Shown here in pieces: positions 27,021 through 37,039 of a DNA stretch of 64,000 bases. Within the stretch, counting starts at the first letter, position 1. The number at the start of each line of letters is the position of its first letter. The notes beneath the pieces are model-generated. The model made no database searches. It had not been told where the DNA came from and saw nothing but the letters and a program-made list of their open reading frames with translations. The stretch comes from a virus (lineage: Duplodnaviria > Caudoviricetes). The stretch is taken from positions 96,001-160,000 of IMG/VR virus record IMGVR_UViG_3300002895_000002; one strand, written 5' to 3'. The translations under genes were made by a program, and so were the position numbers.

Positions 27021-28298
27021 ATGAAATCCTTCAAGGATAGAACATTGGGTGAGCAGACTGGTCCTGTCGAGGTATTTGACACGATCATCCGCAAAGATCA
27101 CTTTGATGCACAGGTATTATCCGAGGCGATCGTCACTGCATTGTCCTCTATTCATCAACTGTCTGTGACCCAAGGTGAGCAAGGCCCGGCAGGGCCCTCA
27201 GGTCCTCAAGGCCCGCCTGGGGAGAAGGGTGACCAGGGTCTTACTGGACCTGAAGGACCGCAAGGTATCCCGGGACCAAAGGGAGACCAAGGCATCCAGG
27301 GCGAGCAGGGCCCACAAGGGGAACGGGGTCCTCAGGGTCCACAAGGTGAGCGTGGCGAGCAAGGGCCTGAGGGTCCTCGGGGTCCTCGGGGGGAACAGGG
27401 TCCTGAAGGTCCGATTGGCCCACAAGGGGAACAGGGTCCTCAGGGTCCACAAGGTGAGCGTGGTGAGCAAGGCCCTGTTGGCCCAAAGGGTGATAAAGGT
27501 GATAAGGGAGAACGTGGTGAGCAGGGCCCAATGGGTCTTGAAGGTCCGCGTGGCCCAGCTGGTCCAAAAGGTGATCCAGGTAAAGATGGAAAGCCAGGCA
27601 AAGACGGAGCTAAAGGACCGAAGGGTGAGAAGGGTGAGAAGGGTGAGAAGGGTGATCCTGGTCCTCAGGGTGAGAAGGGTGAAAGGGGTCCACAAGGCTT
27701 TACTGTTGTAGGTCCAGAAGGCCCTGCTGGTCCGCCAGGCCCACAAGGGGAACAGGGTCCTGAAGGTCCACAAGGACCAAAGGGCGATCCAGGCAAGACA
27801 CCCGCCCATCAGTGGAACGGTGCAGCTATCCGTTTTGAGAACCCAGATGGGACCTGGGGTACAGCTGTTGACCTGAGCAAGCTGATCGTTCGTGCACAAC
27901 CTACAGGTGGTGGGTCTGGTGCACATCCCATGTCGTTCGTTTATGATGGCCAGGTTTTACAAGAGCCACGGTACATCATCGTCGACGACCACAGCATGGA
28001 GTTGATCCCTGATGGGCTCGGTGGGGCAACACTGAAGGCCAAAGCTGGTGGTGGAGGGAATGTAGGGAACGGATGGGAGCGATCACTCTTTGTGGTAACT
28101 AATCCAGCTCAAAGAGACTACGTGGTTCCTGGAGCTATCTTTGAAAACAGCGAGACGGTAGATGTCAACGGTCTGGTTGTTGTGAATGATCCAGATTGGG
28201 ATTATGTCGTAATAAATAGTAACACCATAAGATTCAGTCCTGCAGTCATTCTGAAAGCAGGGTGGAGAATCCAAGTAAAGTACCAAACTCCGGTATAA
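27021..28298 (+). CDS. Collagen-like fibre protein
   Basis: About 69 Gly-X-Y triplets, then a globular C-terminus. Confidence 0.9.
   Translation: MKSFKDRTLGEQTGPVEVFDTIIRKDHFDAQVLSEAIVTALSSIHQLSVTQGEQGPAGPSGPQGPPGEKGDQGLTGPEGPQGIPGPKGDQGIQGEQGPQGERGPQGPQGERGEQGPEGPRGPRGEQGPEGPIGPQGEQGPQGPQGERGEQGPVGPKGDKGDKGERGEQGPMGLEGPRGPAGPKGDPGKDGKPGKDGAKGPKGEKGEKGEKGDPGPQGEKGERGPQGFTVVGPEGPAGPPGPQGEQGPEGPQGPKGDPGKTPAHQWNGAAIRFENPDGTWGTAVDLSKLIVRAQPTGGGSGAHPMSFVYDGQVLQEPRYIIVDDHSMELIPDGLGGATLKAKAGGGGNVGNGWERSLFVVTNPAQRDYVVPGAIFENSETVDVNGLVVVNDPDWDYVVINSNTIRFSPAVILKAGWRIQVKYQTPV
27174..27800 (+). repeat. Gly-X-Y collagen repeat tract with internal nucleotide duplications
   Basis: [10 protein letters not shown]-type units; ~57-nt block near 27310 repeated near 27420. 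Confidence 0.9.
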
Positions 28299-28326
28299 CC
28301 GGACATTTCAAAAAGGAGAAAAACAG

Positions 28327-29187
28327 ATGCCTATCACACAAATCCATGGTAGCGATCAGATCCAAGATCTTACCATAAAGAACGTCGATGTGGCTACCGA
28401 TGCCGGTATCTACACAACGAAACTTCAGACCAATGCCAACTTCGACATGATGGATGTTGACACTGTCACGATGCGGAAGATCGTCAACCTGGCTGATGGT
28501 GTTGCTGACAATGACGGTGTGAACGTTGGTCAGCTGAACAATGCCATCACGACCGCTCTGACCTCGGCATTCATCTACAAGGGCACACTCGATGCCACCC
28601 TTGCAGCGAATCTGCCGACAGTCCCTGCTCCGAAAGTTGGTGACTTCTACAAGGTCACTGTTGCCGGTAACTTCGAGAACAGCGTAAGCCTGACCGATCC
28701 GACTGCCTACTTCAACATCGGTGATGCCGTTGTATGGAATGACACGACCTGGGACAAGATCGATAACGTTGACACCGTGTACAGCGAAGGCAACGGTATC
28801 AACATCACCACCAACGGTACGGGCACTGAGACTGTTTCTGTTCAGGCTAAAGCCAACGGCGGTATCGGTGTTGATGTAGACGGTGTTTACGTCGACCTCG
28901 ACGGCAACTCCCTTGTTGCTGGTCCGGGTGGTATCTCTCTGAACCAGAACGGCTTTGTTGTTGGTGAAGCTCCTGCTCAGGACGGTGGTGACGCTCGTAT
29001 CTTCACCTTGGCAAACACCCCGGTTGCTTCGTCCGAAGCCGTGTACTACAACGGTGTGAGGATGCGTCGTGGAGCCGGCAACGACTACACCATCGTCGGT
29101 GCGGTCATCACGTTCGCTGCTGGCGTAAGAGCACCGAACCTGCTCGTCGATAACGTCATCGTCGATTATCGTTTCATCCCGGCATAA
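28327..29187 (+). CDS. Virion structural/fibre-associated protein
   Basis: AAGGAG RBS; beta-rich; C-terminal VYYNGVRM..NDYTI resembles the end of the collagen protein (VDVNGLV..DWDY). Confidence 0.6.
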   Translation: MPITQIHGSDQIQDLTIKNVDVATDAGIYTTKLQTNANFDMMDVDTVTMRKIVNLADGVADNDGVNVGQLNNAITTALTSAFIYKGTLDATLAANLPTVPAPKVGDFYKVTVAGNFENSVSLTDPTAYFNIGDAVVWNDTTWDKIDNVDTVYSEGNGINITTNGTGTETVSVQAKANGGIGVDVDGVYVDLDGNSLVAGPGGISLNQNGFVVGEAPAQDGGDARIFTLANTPVASSEAVYYNGVRMRRGAGNDYTIVGAVITFAAGVRAPNLLVDNVIVDYRFIPA

Positions 29188-29248
29188 TCAGTAGCTGATG
29201 GTGGTGTGAAAGCCATCATCAGCACCAAGCAGCAACCAAGGAGCATCC

Positions 29249-29827
29249 ATGGCAATCACCAGAGTCACTGATGAGCAAATAAAAGACGAAGGCGTAACCA
29301 GAGCTGACCTGAACGTTTCCACTCCAGGTCAAGCGGTTATTACGAAAGTCGTTGCTGGACCTGGGGTGAGCATCAGTCAAACCGGTATCGATGACGGGAC
29401 AGGTGATGTCACTATTAACTATGCGGGAACATACTCGTTTGCTGAGTTGATAACATCAGCACCTCAAGCAATCGCTCAGAACGTAAACACGAAAGTTGTC
29501 TTCGGTACTGTCAGATCAGACCTAAATACTGAGTGGTCCACCGCCAATAACAGATTCGTTGCTAAGACAGCAGGGGTGTTCCAGGTCAACTCCATAATTA
29601 CCACCACCACGGCTTTCAATAACAGCATTTACTATATGTCCATCTACAAGAACGGTTCTGAATATGTAAGAGGCATTCAACATCAGAGATATAACGGATG
29701 GTCTGTCATGGTGAATGGACTTATTCCGCTTGATGTCAATGACTTCATCGAAATTTATGTGAGGTTCGATGCCTCAAGAACAATCGCTGCAGGACTTGGC
29801 TCACATCTGTCAATAGCAAAGGTATAA
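29249..29827 (+). CDS. Fibre protein with C1q/TNF-like C-terminal domain
   Basis: NRFVAKTAGVFQV..SIYKNG..IPLDVNDFIEIYV. Confidence 0.7.
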   Translation: MAITRVTDEQIKDEGVTRADLNVSTPGQAVITKVVAGPGVSISQTGIDDGTGDVTINYAGTYSFAELITSAPQAIAQNVNTKVVFGTVRSDLNTEWSTANNRFVAKTAGVFQVNSIITTTTAFNNSIYYMSIYKNGSEYVRGIQHQRYNGWSVMVNGLIPLDVNDFIEIYVRFDASRTIAAGLGSHLSIAKV

Positions 29828-29828
29828 T

Positions 29829-30428
29829 ATGACTTCTCAAGAGTTGTTCAACTACATAGTACCCAGAAGCAACGTTATGCGTGCTGCTGAGATAATGTAC
29901 CCTGGAATCACTGCAGATGATTTCTCTGTCAGATGTGATGATGGGGTGAACTACTATGTCGACATTTGGAACACTGCTTTTGGACCGAAGCCGACAGTCG
30001 ATGAGATACTAGCGGTTGTTCCAATCGTTTATGCTCAGATAAAGCGAGAAGAAATCAACGAGGCACGTGATAAGGAAGAGAAACTTGGGTTCAACTATTT
30101 GGACAGACGGTTCGACTCCGATCACGAAGCACTCCGCCGAATAAGCGTTGCTGTAATGTCTGCACAGGCTGCTATCAGTAACGGAACACCCGAAGCATTC
30201 TCGATTATCTGGACTTGCCAGGATAACTCCACTATCACCTTGGATGCATTTCAGATGGTAAGTATGCCGGTTGCTATGGCACAACATGGTGCTGCCATAC
30301 ATTACTATGCATCAGATCTCAAGAACCAGATTGAATCAATCAAGCAACAATACATCAACCAAGAGATTGATATGCCAACCGCCGCCAACATGATGGAAGC
30401 AATAGTCTGGGCGTTCCAAGAACAATGA
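29829..30428 (+). CDS. Tail-fibre assembly chaperone-like protein (DUF4376-like)
   Basis: REEINEARD..FDSD..RRI..WTCQDNSTITLDA. Confidence 0.7.
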   Translation: MTSQELFNYIVPRSNVMRAAEIMYPGITADDFSVRCDDGVNYYVDIWNTAFGPKPTVDEILAVVPIVYAQIKREEINEARDKEEKLGFNYLDRRFDSDHEALRRISVAVMSAQAAISNGTPEAFSIIWTCQDNSTITLDAFQMVSMPVAMAQHGAAIHYYASDLKNQIESIKQQYINQEIDMPTAANMMEAIVWAFQEQ

Positions 30429-30880
30429 TACCAACAAGAAAGGAACGCTTTATGCGAGCCGCATTCTACATAGGTGATCCAAAGCTCAATCCTGATGCTC
30501 GGACATTTGACAAGCTCATCTCATGGTGGACGAAGTCTCCGTACACTCACGTCGAATGGGTGTTTGATAATGGGATGTGCTTCTCTGCATCTCCGGTGGA
30601 TGGTGGGTGCCGCTTCAAGAACATCGACATCACCACACCGAAGTGGAAAGTGGTTGATGTACACTGGGCGAACCATGACGAGATCTGGGAGTTCTGTACG
30701 GACCGCGATGGGCTGAAGTATGATTGGTTGGGGATCTTCCTGAGCCAAACTCTGCCGCTGAACGTTCATGACCCCAACCGGTGGTTCTGCTCGGAGATCG
30801 TTATGGCTTCATTGCAGTGCAAGAGACCCAATGCTTATAACCCAGCGGATGTCTATGAAGTTTTTACAAGAAATCGGTAA
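30425..30880 (+). CDS. Permuted papain-like (NlpC/P60, YiiX-like) enzyme
   Basis: YTHVE..KYDWLG..RWFCSEIV (His before Cys). Confidence 0.8.
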   Translation: MIPTRKERFMRAAFYIGDPKLNPDARTFDKLISWWTKSPYTHVEWVFDNGMCFSASPVDGGCRFKNIDITTPKWKVVDVHWANHDEIWEFCTDRDGLKYDWLGIFLSQTLPLNVHDPNRWFCSEIVMASLQCKRPNAYNPADVYEVFTRNR

Positions 30881-30923
30881 ATACAAAAAGGATAGATAAA
30901 TAACATCACGGAGGAACTAACAG

Positions 30924-31097
30924 ATGTCAATGAAAACTCAAACTATCGGTACCGCGGTGCTTTCCGCAGCGAAAAAAGACTATGCCGGCTTCTCGGATAG
31001 CATTGAGAAGATCTTTACTGCTAAGATGCAGGCAAAAGTTGATCAGATGGTCGCTGACAAAAAGAGCACTCTATTCCACAATGCGGAAGAGGAGTAA
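30924..31097 (+). CDS. Prohead core protein (gp67-like)
   Basis: 57 aa helical ORF with GGAGG RBS, immediately before gp21. Confidence 0.6.
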   Translation: MSMKTQTIGTAVLSAAKKDYAGFSDSIEKIFTAKMQAKVDQMVADKKSTLFHNAEEE

Positions 31098-31099
31098 TC

Positions 31100-31783
31100 A
31101 TGAAGCCCAGTTTGTTGATTGAAGAGGTGGACTATCAGTCCATCGACAATCAAATCATTGTTGAGGCAGAAGAAGGATCAGCCCCGGTAAAGAAATATTA
31201 CATCAACGGGCCTTACCTTGAAGCTGAGACGAAAAACCACAATGGTCGGATCTATCCTCAGGCCGTTCTTGAGCGTGAGGTCAAGAAGCTCGTCGAAGGT
31301 AAGATCAAACAGAACCGGCTCATGGGTGAGCTGGAACATCCCACCACTACCACCATCAATCTGGATCGCGTTTCCCACCTGATCAAAGAACTGAAGATGG
31401 AGAAAAACATCGGCGTCGGGAAGAGCCTTGTTCTCGAGACCCCGATGGGTAAGATCGCACAGAGCCTGATCGACGCTGGTGTGAAGCTCGGTGTATCTAC
31501 TCGTGGTGTTGGCTCGCTGCGTGAGAGCATCGTCCAGAACGATTTCAGTCTCATTACTGTCGACATCGTTGCTGATCCTTCTGCTCCGAGTGCTTTCGTT
31601 GACGGCATCCTTGAGTCCAAGAAGGAATGGGTCATGGAGAATGGCATCCTGGTCGAGAAAGACTTGGAAACACTGGAAGAAAATCTTGATAAGTACACGG
31701 TAGAAGAGAAAGCAACCGCGGCTGTCAAGGTGTTTGAAGACTTTATGTCCATGATTCGCGGCGAGTACATCGCAAAAAAGTAA
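31100..31783 (+). CDS. gp21: Prohead core protease
   Basis: NHNGRIYP; GELEHP; INLDRVSH; TPMGKI; LGVSTRGVGS; DIVADPSAPSAFV. Confidence 0.96.
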   Translation: MKPSLLIEEVDYQSIDNQIIVEAEEGSAPVKKYYINGPYLEAETKNHNGRIYPQAVLEREVKKLVEGKIKQNRLMGELEHPTTTTINLDRVSHLIKELKMEKNIGVGKSLVLETPMGKIAQSLIDAGVKLGVSTRGVGSLRESIVQNDFSLITVDIVADPSAPSAFVDGILESKKEWVMENGILVEKDLETLEENLDKYTVEEKATAAVKVFEDFMSMIRGEYIAKK

Positions 31784-31860
31784 GAAATTTCGATGCTCTA
31801 TTATAAATAACCGTGTAATAGAGTTTCGGAAGTATTTCACGATAAGAGGAGACAACACAG

Positions 31861-32577
31861 ATGAAGGAACTTTTTGAGAAGATCAACTCAGAAGTTCTCA
31901 CCGACGAAGTAAAACTCCAGATCTCCGCTATCTTCGAGTCCCAGGTGAACGAGGCAATCAAAGCCAAGGAAGCCGAGCTCGAGGAAGCGAACCGTACTGA
32001 GATCGCAGAGTTCAAAGAGAGCCTCATCGACCAGATCGATGAATATCTCGGATACTTCGTTGAAGAGTTCACTAAGGAGAATGAGGCCCAAGTCAATGAA
32101 GGCGTTCTGACCTCAGTTTCCAAGCGTGTTCTTGAGAACTTCAGCAGCATGGTTGAAGAATTCAACATGCAGCTCGCAGACCAAACCCTGGAAGAAGACA
32201 AGAAGATACCCGAGCTTACCAAGCGGCTCAACGATGCAGTAACCAAGCTTGGTGAGAAGAATGCGGAGCTGCAGGAATCCCTCCGTGAACTGGCAATTCG
32301 TGATCGTATGGATCTTGTCCCTGGTGTCATTGCCAAAGAAAAGTTCCGCAAACTGGCTGAGGGCCTTTCCTACACGCTGGGCGAGGAAGAGGAGTTTGTT
32401 AGCAAGCTCAACTTCTTTGTTGAGAGCGTGAGGAGTGAAGTTACTTCTTCCGCCGAGAAGCTCGAAGAGCCCCAGGAAGTCGTTGAAGAAGGCACTAAAG
32501 ACGAGAAGACCGTCATTACCGAATCTACGGAAGAGAAGCCGGCAAGTCGGATCACCGACTATCTGTCTCGGCTGTAA
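31861..32577 (+). CDS. gp22: Prohead scaffolding protein
   Basis: Acidic coiled coil, AIFESQVNE, between gp21 and gp23. Confidence 0.88.
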   Translation: MKELFEKINSEVLTDEVKLQISAIFESQVNEAIKAKEAELEEANRTEIAEFKESLIDQIDEYLGYFVEEFTKENEAQVNEGVLTSVSKRVLENFSSMVEEFNMQLADQTLEEDKKIPELTKRLNDAVTKLGEKNAELQESLRELAIRDRMDLVPGVIAKEKFRKLAEGLSYTLGEEEEFVSKLNFFVESVRSEVTSSAEKLEEPQEVVEEGTKDEKTVITESTEEKPASRITDYLSRL

Positions 32578-32609
32578 TTCCCATACAACACAAAGGAGAC
32601 ATATCAGTC

Positions 32610-34058
32610 ATGACTAACAAAGAACAGTCCAAGATGCTCGTTGAGAAGTGGGACCAACTCATCGAGTCGCCGAAAGCGAAAGTTGTCGGCAACAAAGAGG
32701 CAATGGCCCAGCTGCTCGAGAACCAGGAGAAGTACGTTCTTGAAGAAGCTCAGAACGTTGCTGGTGACGTTGCTCAGTACACCCCGATCCTCGTTCCTGC
32801 TGTCCGTCGTATTTTCCCGAACCTGCTCGCCAATGAGATTGTCGGTGTTCAACCGCTGTCCATGCCGACTGGCTATGCATACGCTCTGCGTTACAGCTAT
32901 GCTAAAGGTACTGGCGTTGCCAACCCGCAACTCGATCGTGGCATGACCAACCGCTTCAACCTCAATGCTAACAAGCCGCTGTTTGGTTCTGTTGCATTTA
33001 TCGTCGACGGTAACATTGTTGCCAACGAAGGCGACGCGGTAACTGATGCTGCTGCTGTTGCAATTGGTACCGTTGCTTACGTTGAAGACAACAAGGTCCT
33101 GGTACAACTGACCGCTCCGGGTGCCATTGCTGCTGGTGCAACTTCCATCGTTATTGGTGCGTCCACTTACCCGGTCACGTTTGTAATGGACAACGAAGCT
33201 GGTTTCAACCTCATCTTCAAGAACTATGCCCAAGTGCTTTCCACGGCACAAGGCGAGCAGCTCGGCAAGCCGGGTACTGACTTCCGTTCCATGAGGATGA
33301 GCCTGGAGCGTACGTCCGTCGAAGCAATGACCCGTAAGCTCAAGGCTGAGTACACCATCGAACTTGCTCAGGATCTCAAGGCCGTTCACGGTCTGGACGC
33401 TGAGCAGGAACTGATCAACATCCTCGAGTACGAAATCTCCGCAGAGATCGATCGTGAGCTTGTTGACCAGATCAACAGTATCGCTACTCCGGCTGCAGCT
33501 TGGTCCTACGGCTCCACCGGTCAATGGGCTGCTCCGGCTGCTCCGGCTGCTGATGGTCGTTGGGAGCAAGAGAAGTTCCGCACCCTGTACACCAAGATCG
33601 TCAAAGAAGCAAACGCGATCGCACTGACCAGCCGCCGTGGTGCAGGTAACTTCATCATCGCCTCCACCAACGTTTGCACCGCCCTTGAAGGCCTCAGCTC
33701 CTTCATGTACTCCGCAGTTCCGGGTCAAGTTCAGGCTACCCTCGGCGTTGCGAAGGTTGGTGTTCTCGACGGTCGATTCACTGTTTACCTCGACACGTTC
33801 GCAATGACTGACTACGTGACCGTTGGTTACAAAGGACCGGGCCAGTTCGATACCGGCGTCATCTACTGCCCGTATGTACCGCTTCAGCTGATGAAGGTAA
33901 CCGATCCGGAAACCTTCCAACCGAAGATCGCGTTCATGACCAGGGATGCCATCACGTCCAACCTGTTTGGTGCTCAAAATTATTATCGCACTTTTGCAGT
34001 CGACTTTACTGGCAGTTCGTTGGCCGGTGTTCAATTCTATTCCAGCCATAACTGGTAA
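32610..34058 (+). CDS. gp23: Major capsid protein
   Basis: VRRIFPNLLANEIVGVQP; TRKLKAEYTIELAQDLKAVHGLDAEQEL; YCPYVPL; FQPKIAFMTR. Confidence 0.97.
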   Translation: MTNKEQSKMLVEKWDQLIESPKAKVVGNKEAMAQLLENQEKYVLEEAQNVAGDVAQYTPILVPAVRRIFPNLLANEIVGVQPLSMPTGYAYALRYSYAKGTGVANPQLDRGMTNRFNLNANKPLFGSVAFIVDGNIVANEGDAVTDAAAVAIGTVAYVEDNKVLVQLTAPGAIAAGATSIVIGASTYPVTFVMDNEAGFNLIFKNYAQVLSTAQGEQLGKPGTDFRSMRMSLERTSVEAMTRKLKAEYTIELAQDLKAVHGLDAEQELINILEYEISAEIDRELVDQINSIATPAAAWSYGSTGQWAAPAAPAADGRWEQEKFRTLYTKIVKEANAIALTSRRGAGNFIIASTNVCTALEGLSSFMYSAVPGQVQATLGVAKVGVLDGRFTVYLDTFAMTDYVTVGYKGPGQFDTGVIYCPYVPLQLMKVTDPETFQPKIAFMTRDAITSNLFGAQNYYRTFAVDFTGSSLAGVQFYSSHNW

Positions 34059-34077
34059 AAAGTAACACATATATGAG

Positions 34078-34111
34078 AAAAAAGGAAGCAACGAAACTTG
34101 CTTCCTTTTTT
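34078..34111 (+). terminator. Intrinsic (potentially bidirectional) terminator
   Basis: aaaaaaggaagca/tgcttcctttttt after gp23. Confidence 0.75.
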
Positions 34112-34148
34112 CTTGATTTTTTATATAAACTTAGTAAAATTATAAGTA

Positions 34149-35669
34149 ATGAAGACAAATACTGAACTTAAACAATTTATCAACGAAAAAATGAGAAGAT
34201 CTAATGGTCATCTCAACCCATATAAGTCCGAAAAATGGTTAAAAGAATTCCACCCAGATATTTTAGATGAAATTCTAAGATTGTCATCATTTCTTCCCAA
34301 AGATACACCATTTTCTCTAAGAATATATTGTATAGTTAATGATTTATATGAAATTCCAAAATGTGAATGTGGAAAAGATGTAAAATTATATCATTCTGGA
34401 TTTGCAAAATATTGTTCAAACCAATGTCATATGTCAAGCAAAGACAGAATAAACAAAATTAAAAAAACATGTATTGAAAAATATGGCACAGATAATGTAA
34501 GTAAAACTATCCATGTTAAGGAAAAAATAAAGCAGTCAAATTTAAAAACAAATGAATCTAGAAGTAAAAAAATAAGGGAATATCTAAGTAAAAAATACAA
34601 AGATCATAATATCTATTCATATCAAGAAGCAAATTTAGAACCACTAAATGATATATTTCAAAGTAGAAAATATCAACAATTCAGATGTATAAATTGTAAT
34701 CACCAATTTTCTTATATTCCTTTCATGCAGAATGGATTAAGATGTCCAAAATGCTTTCCCAAAAAAGAAAACAAAATTGAAATTTTACTCGAACAACATT
34801 TAAATAAACTAGGATTATCATTTATTCGAAATGACAGAACTCAAATAAACAAAGAACTTGATTTATTTTGTTCCGAACATAATTTTGCTATCGAAATAAA
34901 TGGAATGTTGTGGCATTCGTATGGGATATCAAAATATTCTTATCTAGATAATCTAATAAATGAAGATAAAAATAAACACATTAAAAAACTTAATCTTTGT
35001 AAAGAAAAAAATATTAGGCTATTTCAATTTACTGACATCGATATCTATAACCCTAAAAAATTAGAAATTATTTCATCAATAATAAATGTTTATTGTAATC
35101 AAGCCCAAAAGATTTATGCTAGAAAATGTGTTATAAAAGAATTATCACAGAAGGAACACGATGATTTTTTAGATGAGAATCATCTGATGGGAAGATGTAA
35201 TGCGAAGATTAGATTTGGTTTATTTTATGAAGATAAACTTGTTTTTGTGATGTCATTTTCAAAACCAAGATTCAAATCAAAAAATGAAAAATATGATTTT
35301 GAATTAATTAGGCTCTGTTCTATTAAGAATACAGTTGTGATTGGTGGATTTTCTAAAATTTTAAAATATTTAATTAAAAATAAAATAATTTTTGGAAATA
35401 TCATTAGTTATGTAGATGCATCATTCTCAGACGGAAAAGGATTTAAAACAAACGGATTCAAATTAATCAGACATTCAAATCCTAACTATGTCTACTATCA
35501 TCCATCTGGAAAAATTATAAAAAGATATGAAGCACAAAAACATAAATTATTAAAAATTTTAAATGATAAATTCGATCCTAATTTATCAGAAAAAGAAAAT
35601 ATGATCAATGCTGGTTATCGAATTTTTTATGATGCAGGAAATTATGTAATGACACTAAAACTTCAATAA
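34149..35669 (+). CDS. Hef-like homing endonuclease
   Basis: ELDLF..FAIEINGMLWH; IYARKC..FLDENHLMG..ELIRLCS..SYVD; same architecture as 17971-19668. Confidence 0.8.
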   Translation: MKTNTELKQFINEKMRRSNGHLNPYKSEKWLKEFHPDILDEILRLSSFLPKDTPFSLRIYCIVNDLYEIPKCECGKDVKLYHSGFAKYCSNQCHMSSKDRINKIKKTCIEKYGTDNVSKTIHVKEKIKQSNLKTNESRSKKIREYLSKKYKDHNIYSYQEANLEPLNDIFQSRKYQQFRCINCNHQFSYIPFMQNGLRCPKCFPKKENKIEILLEQHLNKLGLSFIRNDRTQINKELDLFCSEHNFAIEINGMLWHSYGISKYSYLDNLINEDKNKHIKKLNLCKEKNIRLFQFTDIDIYNPKKLEIISSIINVYCNQAQKIYARKCVIKELSQKEHDDFLDENHLMGRCNAKIRFGLFYEDKLVFVMSFSKPRFKSKNEKYDFELIRLCSIKNTVVIGGFSKILKYLIKNKIIFGNIISYVDASFSDGKGFKTNGFKLIRHSNPNYVYYHPSGKIIKRYEAQKHKLLKILNDKFDPNLSEKENMINAGYRIFYDAGNYVMTLKLQ

Positions 35670-35680
35670 CAAATATTACA

Positions 35681-35713
35681 GAAGGGAGGCTAAACAAATT
35701 GCTTCCCTTTTCT
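35681..35713 (+). terminator. Intrinsic terminator
   Basis: aagggaggc/gcttccctt followed by a T tract. Confidence 0.6.
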
Positions 35714-35780
35714 TATGACTTTTATATCAGATCCGAACCTGAGACCCGTTGATGGGGTGATAAATATGTTCTGACCAGGG

Positions 35781-35809
35781 TTGACAACGAAAAGGAAAGA
35801 AGGTATACT
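35781..35809 (+). promoter_or_regulatory. Sigma70-type promoter TTGACA-N17-TATACT
   Basis: Consensus -35; ATG of uvsY lies 7 nt after the -10. Confidence 0.8.
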
Positions 35810-35815
35810 CGAGAC

Positions 35816-36256
35816 ATGGAAAATAAAGACGAAACTACCTTGCTCGAAAAGGTCTATGCGAAGTTGAACGAGCTCCGGAAGGAAGCTGCGGAAGACATCA
35901 AAATAGACAAGGGGTCAATTGAAACCCAGTTCAACAGCCAGCAGAAGGTTGTGAAGTGGTTGAACAAGCGGATCGACTGGTATCGGTCTTATACGTCAAT
36001 CGAAGCCAAGCGAAAGGAAGCTTGGAAGAAGGCGTATGAATATTACCGGACTGATTACCCCATGAAGCTCAACAACGCTGAGGAATACCGGATGATGATC
36101 GAGTCAGATCCGACATATTCGGTGATTATGAACGAGGCGATTGCTATACAGGAAACCCTCTCATATATCGATTCGGTGATTGATGCTTTGAAAGGGCGAG
36201 CATTTGATGTATCCAATCTTTCAAAGTGGCTCATGTGGACCAATGGTAACAGGTAA
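35816..36256 (+). CDS. uvsY: Recombination mediator protein
   Basis: 146 aa helical; YEYY..IESDP..YIDSVIDALKGRAFDVSN; near uvsW. Confidence 0.75.
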   Translation: MENKDETTLLEKVYAKLNELRKEAAEDIKIDKGSIETQFNSQQKVVKWLNKRIDWYRSYTSIEAKRKEAWKKAYEYYRTDYPMKLNNAEEYRMMIESDPTYSVIMNEAIAIQETLSYIDSVIDALKGRAFDVSNLSKWLMWTNGNR

Positions 36257-36266
36257 GGAGAAACAA

Positions 36267-36737
36267 ATGAAGCTTGATTCGAGATTTGAAGCTCATTCAT
36301 TAACAAAAGCAATTCTGCCCTCAGTACTCAAAGGTCTTGGATATCTTTCCAGCGATGATTCAGAAAATGCCCGTCAGATGTACGGACCTCAGCAATTCAT
36401 CAGGGAAAGAGGAATAATTGGTTTGGTCCTTCCAAGACAAACCGGAAAGACCACTGCTCTCATTGATCTTTATGCTTTAATAAAGACTGCTGGGATGAAT
36501 GTTATCATTACCAGTAAATTCATAAGAATGAATGATAACATTCGGGCCAGAGTAATTGAGCGTTACGGTGTTGACCCAAGGGAGGATATGATTGAATACA
36601 CGAGACTCCCTGCTATCCTCATGGACGACAGAAAGGTGATTGACGTTGTTCTATGTGATGAGCACGACCCAGGGTCCCAGATCAATAATTTTCCTTCCCG
36701 AGCAACCAATACTCTCTTTGTGTTTTTCAAGACTTAG
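36267..36737 (+). CDS. Small P-loop NTPase-like protein
   Basis: LPRQTGKTT (terminase-like Walker A) and VVLCDE (Walker B-like) in 156 aa. Confidence 0.55.
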   Translation: MKLDSRFEAHSLTKAILPSVLKGLGYLSSDDSENARQMYGPQQFIRERGIIGLVLPRQTGKTTALIDLYALIKTAGMNVIITSKFIRMNDNIRARVIERYGVDPREDMIEYTRLPAILMDDRKVIDVVLCDEHDPGSQINNFPSRATNTLFVFFKT

Positions 36738-36764
36738 CCAGCATTAAATAAAAATAATGATGAT

Positions 36765-36796
36765 ATGGGCGTAGAGAAATCTACGCCCATTCTTTT
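36765..36796 (+). terminator. Intrinsic terminator
   Basis: atgggcgtag/ctacgcccat then tctttt. Confidence 0.75.
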
Positions 36797-36860
36797 GACT
36801 GATACAAAATTCCCTTTATTTGCTTGGAAAAATCTTGATAAATATAAGTTTTAGCCAAAT

Positions 36861-36890
36861 TTGACAGGTCCCGGATTTTCGTGTTATCCT
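36861..36890 (+). promoter_or_regulatory. Sigma70-type promoter TTGACA..TGT-TATCCT
   Basis: Consensus -35, extended -10. Confidence 0.55.
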
Positions 36891-37039
36891 TAAACCGTAG
36901 GTTGGGGCGGGGGTTCAATAGTCTTTATCCCTTATTATATCTGAGTCCTTTAGTTCCTCTCGAGATCCTCTAAGTCGCTTTAGATCCCATCTGTCTTGTC
37001 AAAAATCCCATATAAATAAAAGAAAACTCAGGGATTGTT

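Noticed and set aside
27174-27800. CRISPR-like or non-coding repeat array
   Set aside because: The repeats are in-frame Gly-X-Y codons, not repeat-spacer units
29196-29224. Hairpin gctgatggtgg/ccatcatcagc as a novel RNA
   Set aside because: A single simple stem-loop between genes; most likely a stabiliser or weak terminator
32604-34091. 495-aa ORF antisense to gp23 (likewise 16597-17457, 43293-44036, 62760-63860, 31178-31858)
   Set aside because: Shadow ORFs produced by the strong codon bias of highly expressed genes; no RBS or motifs
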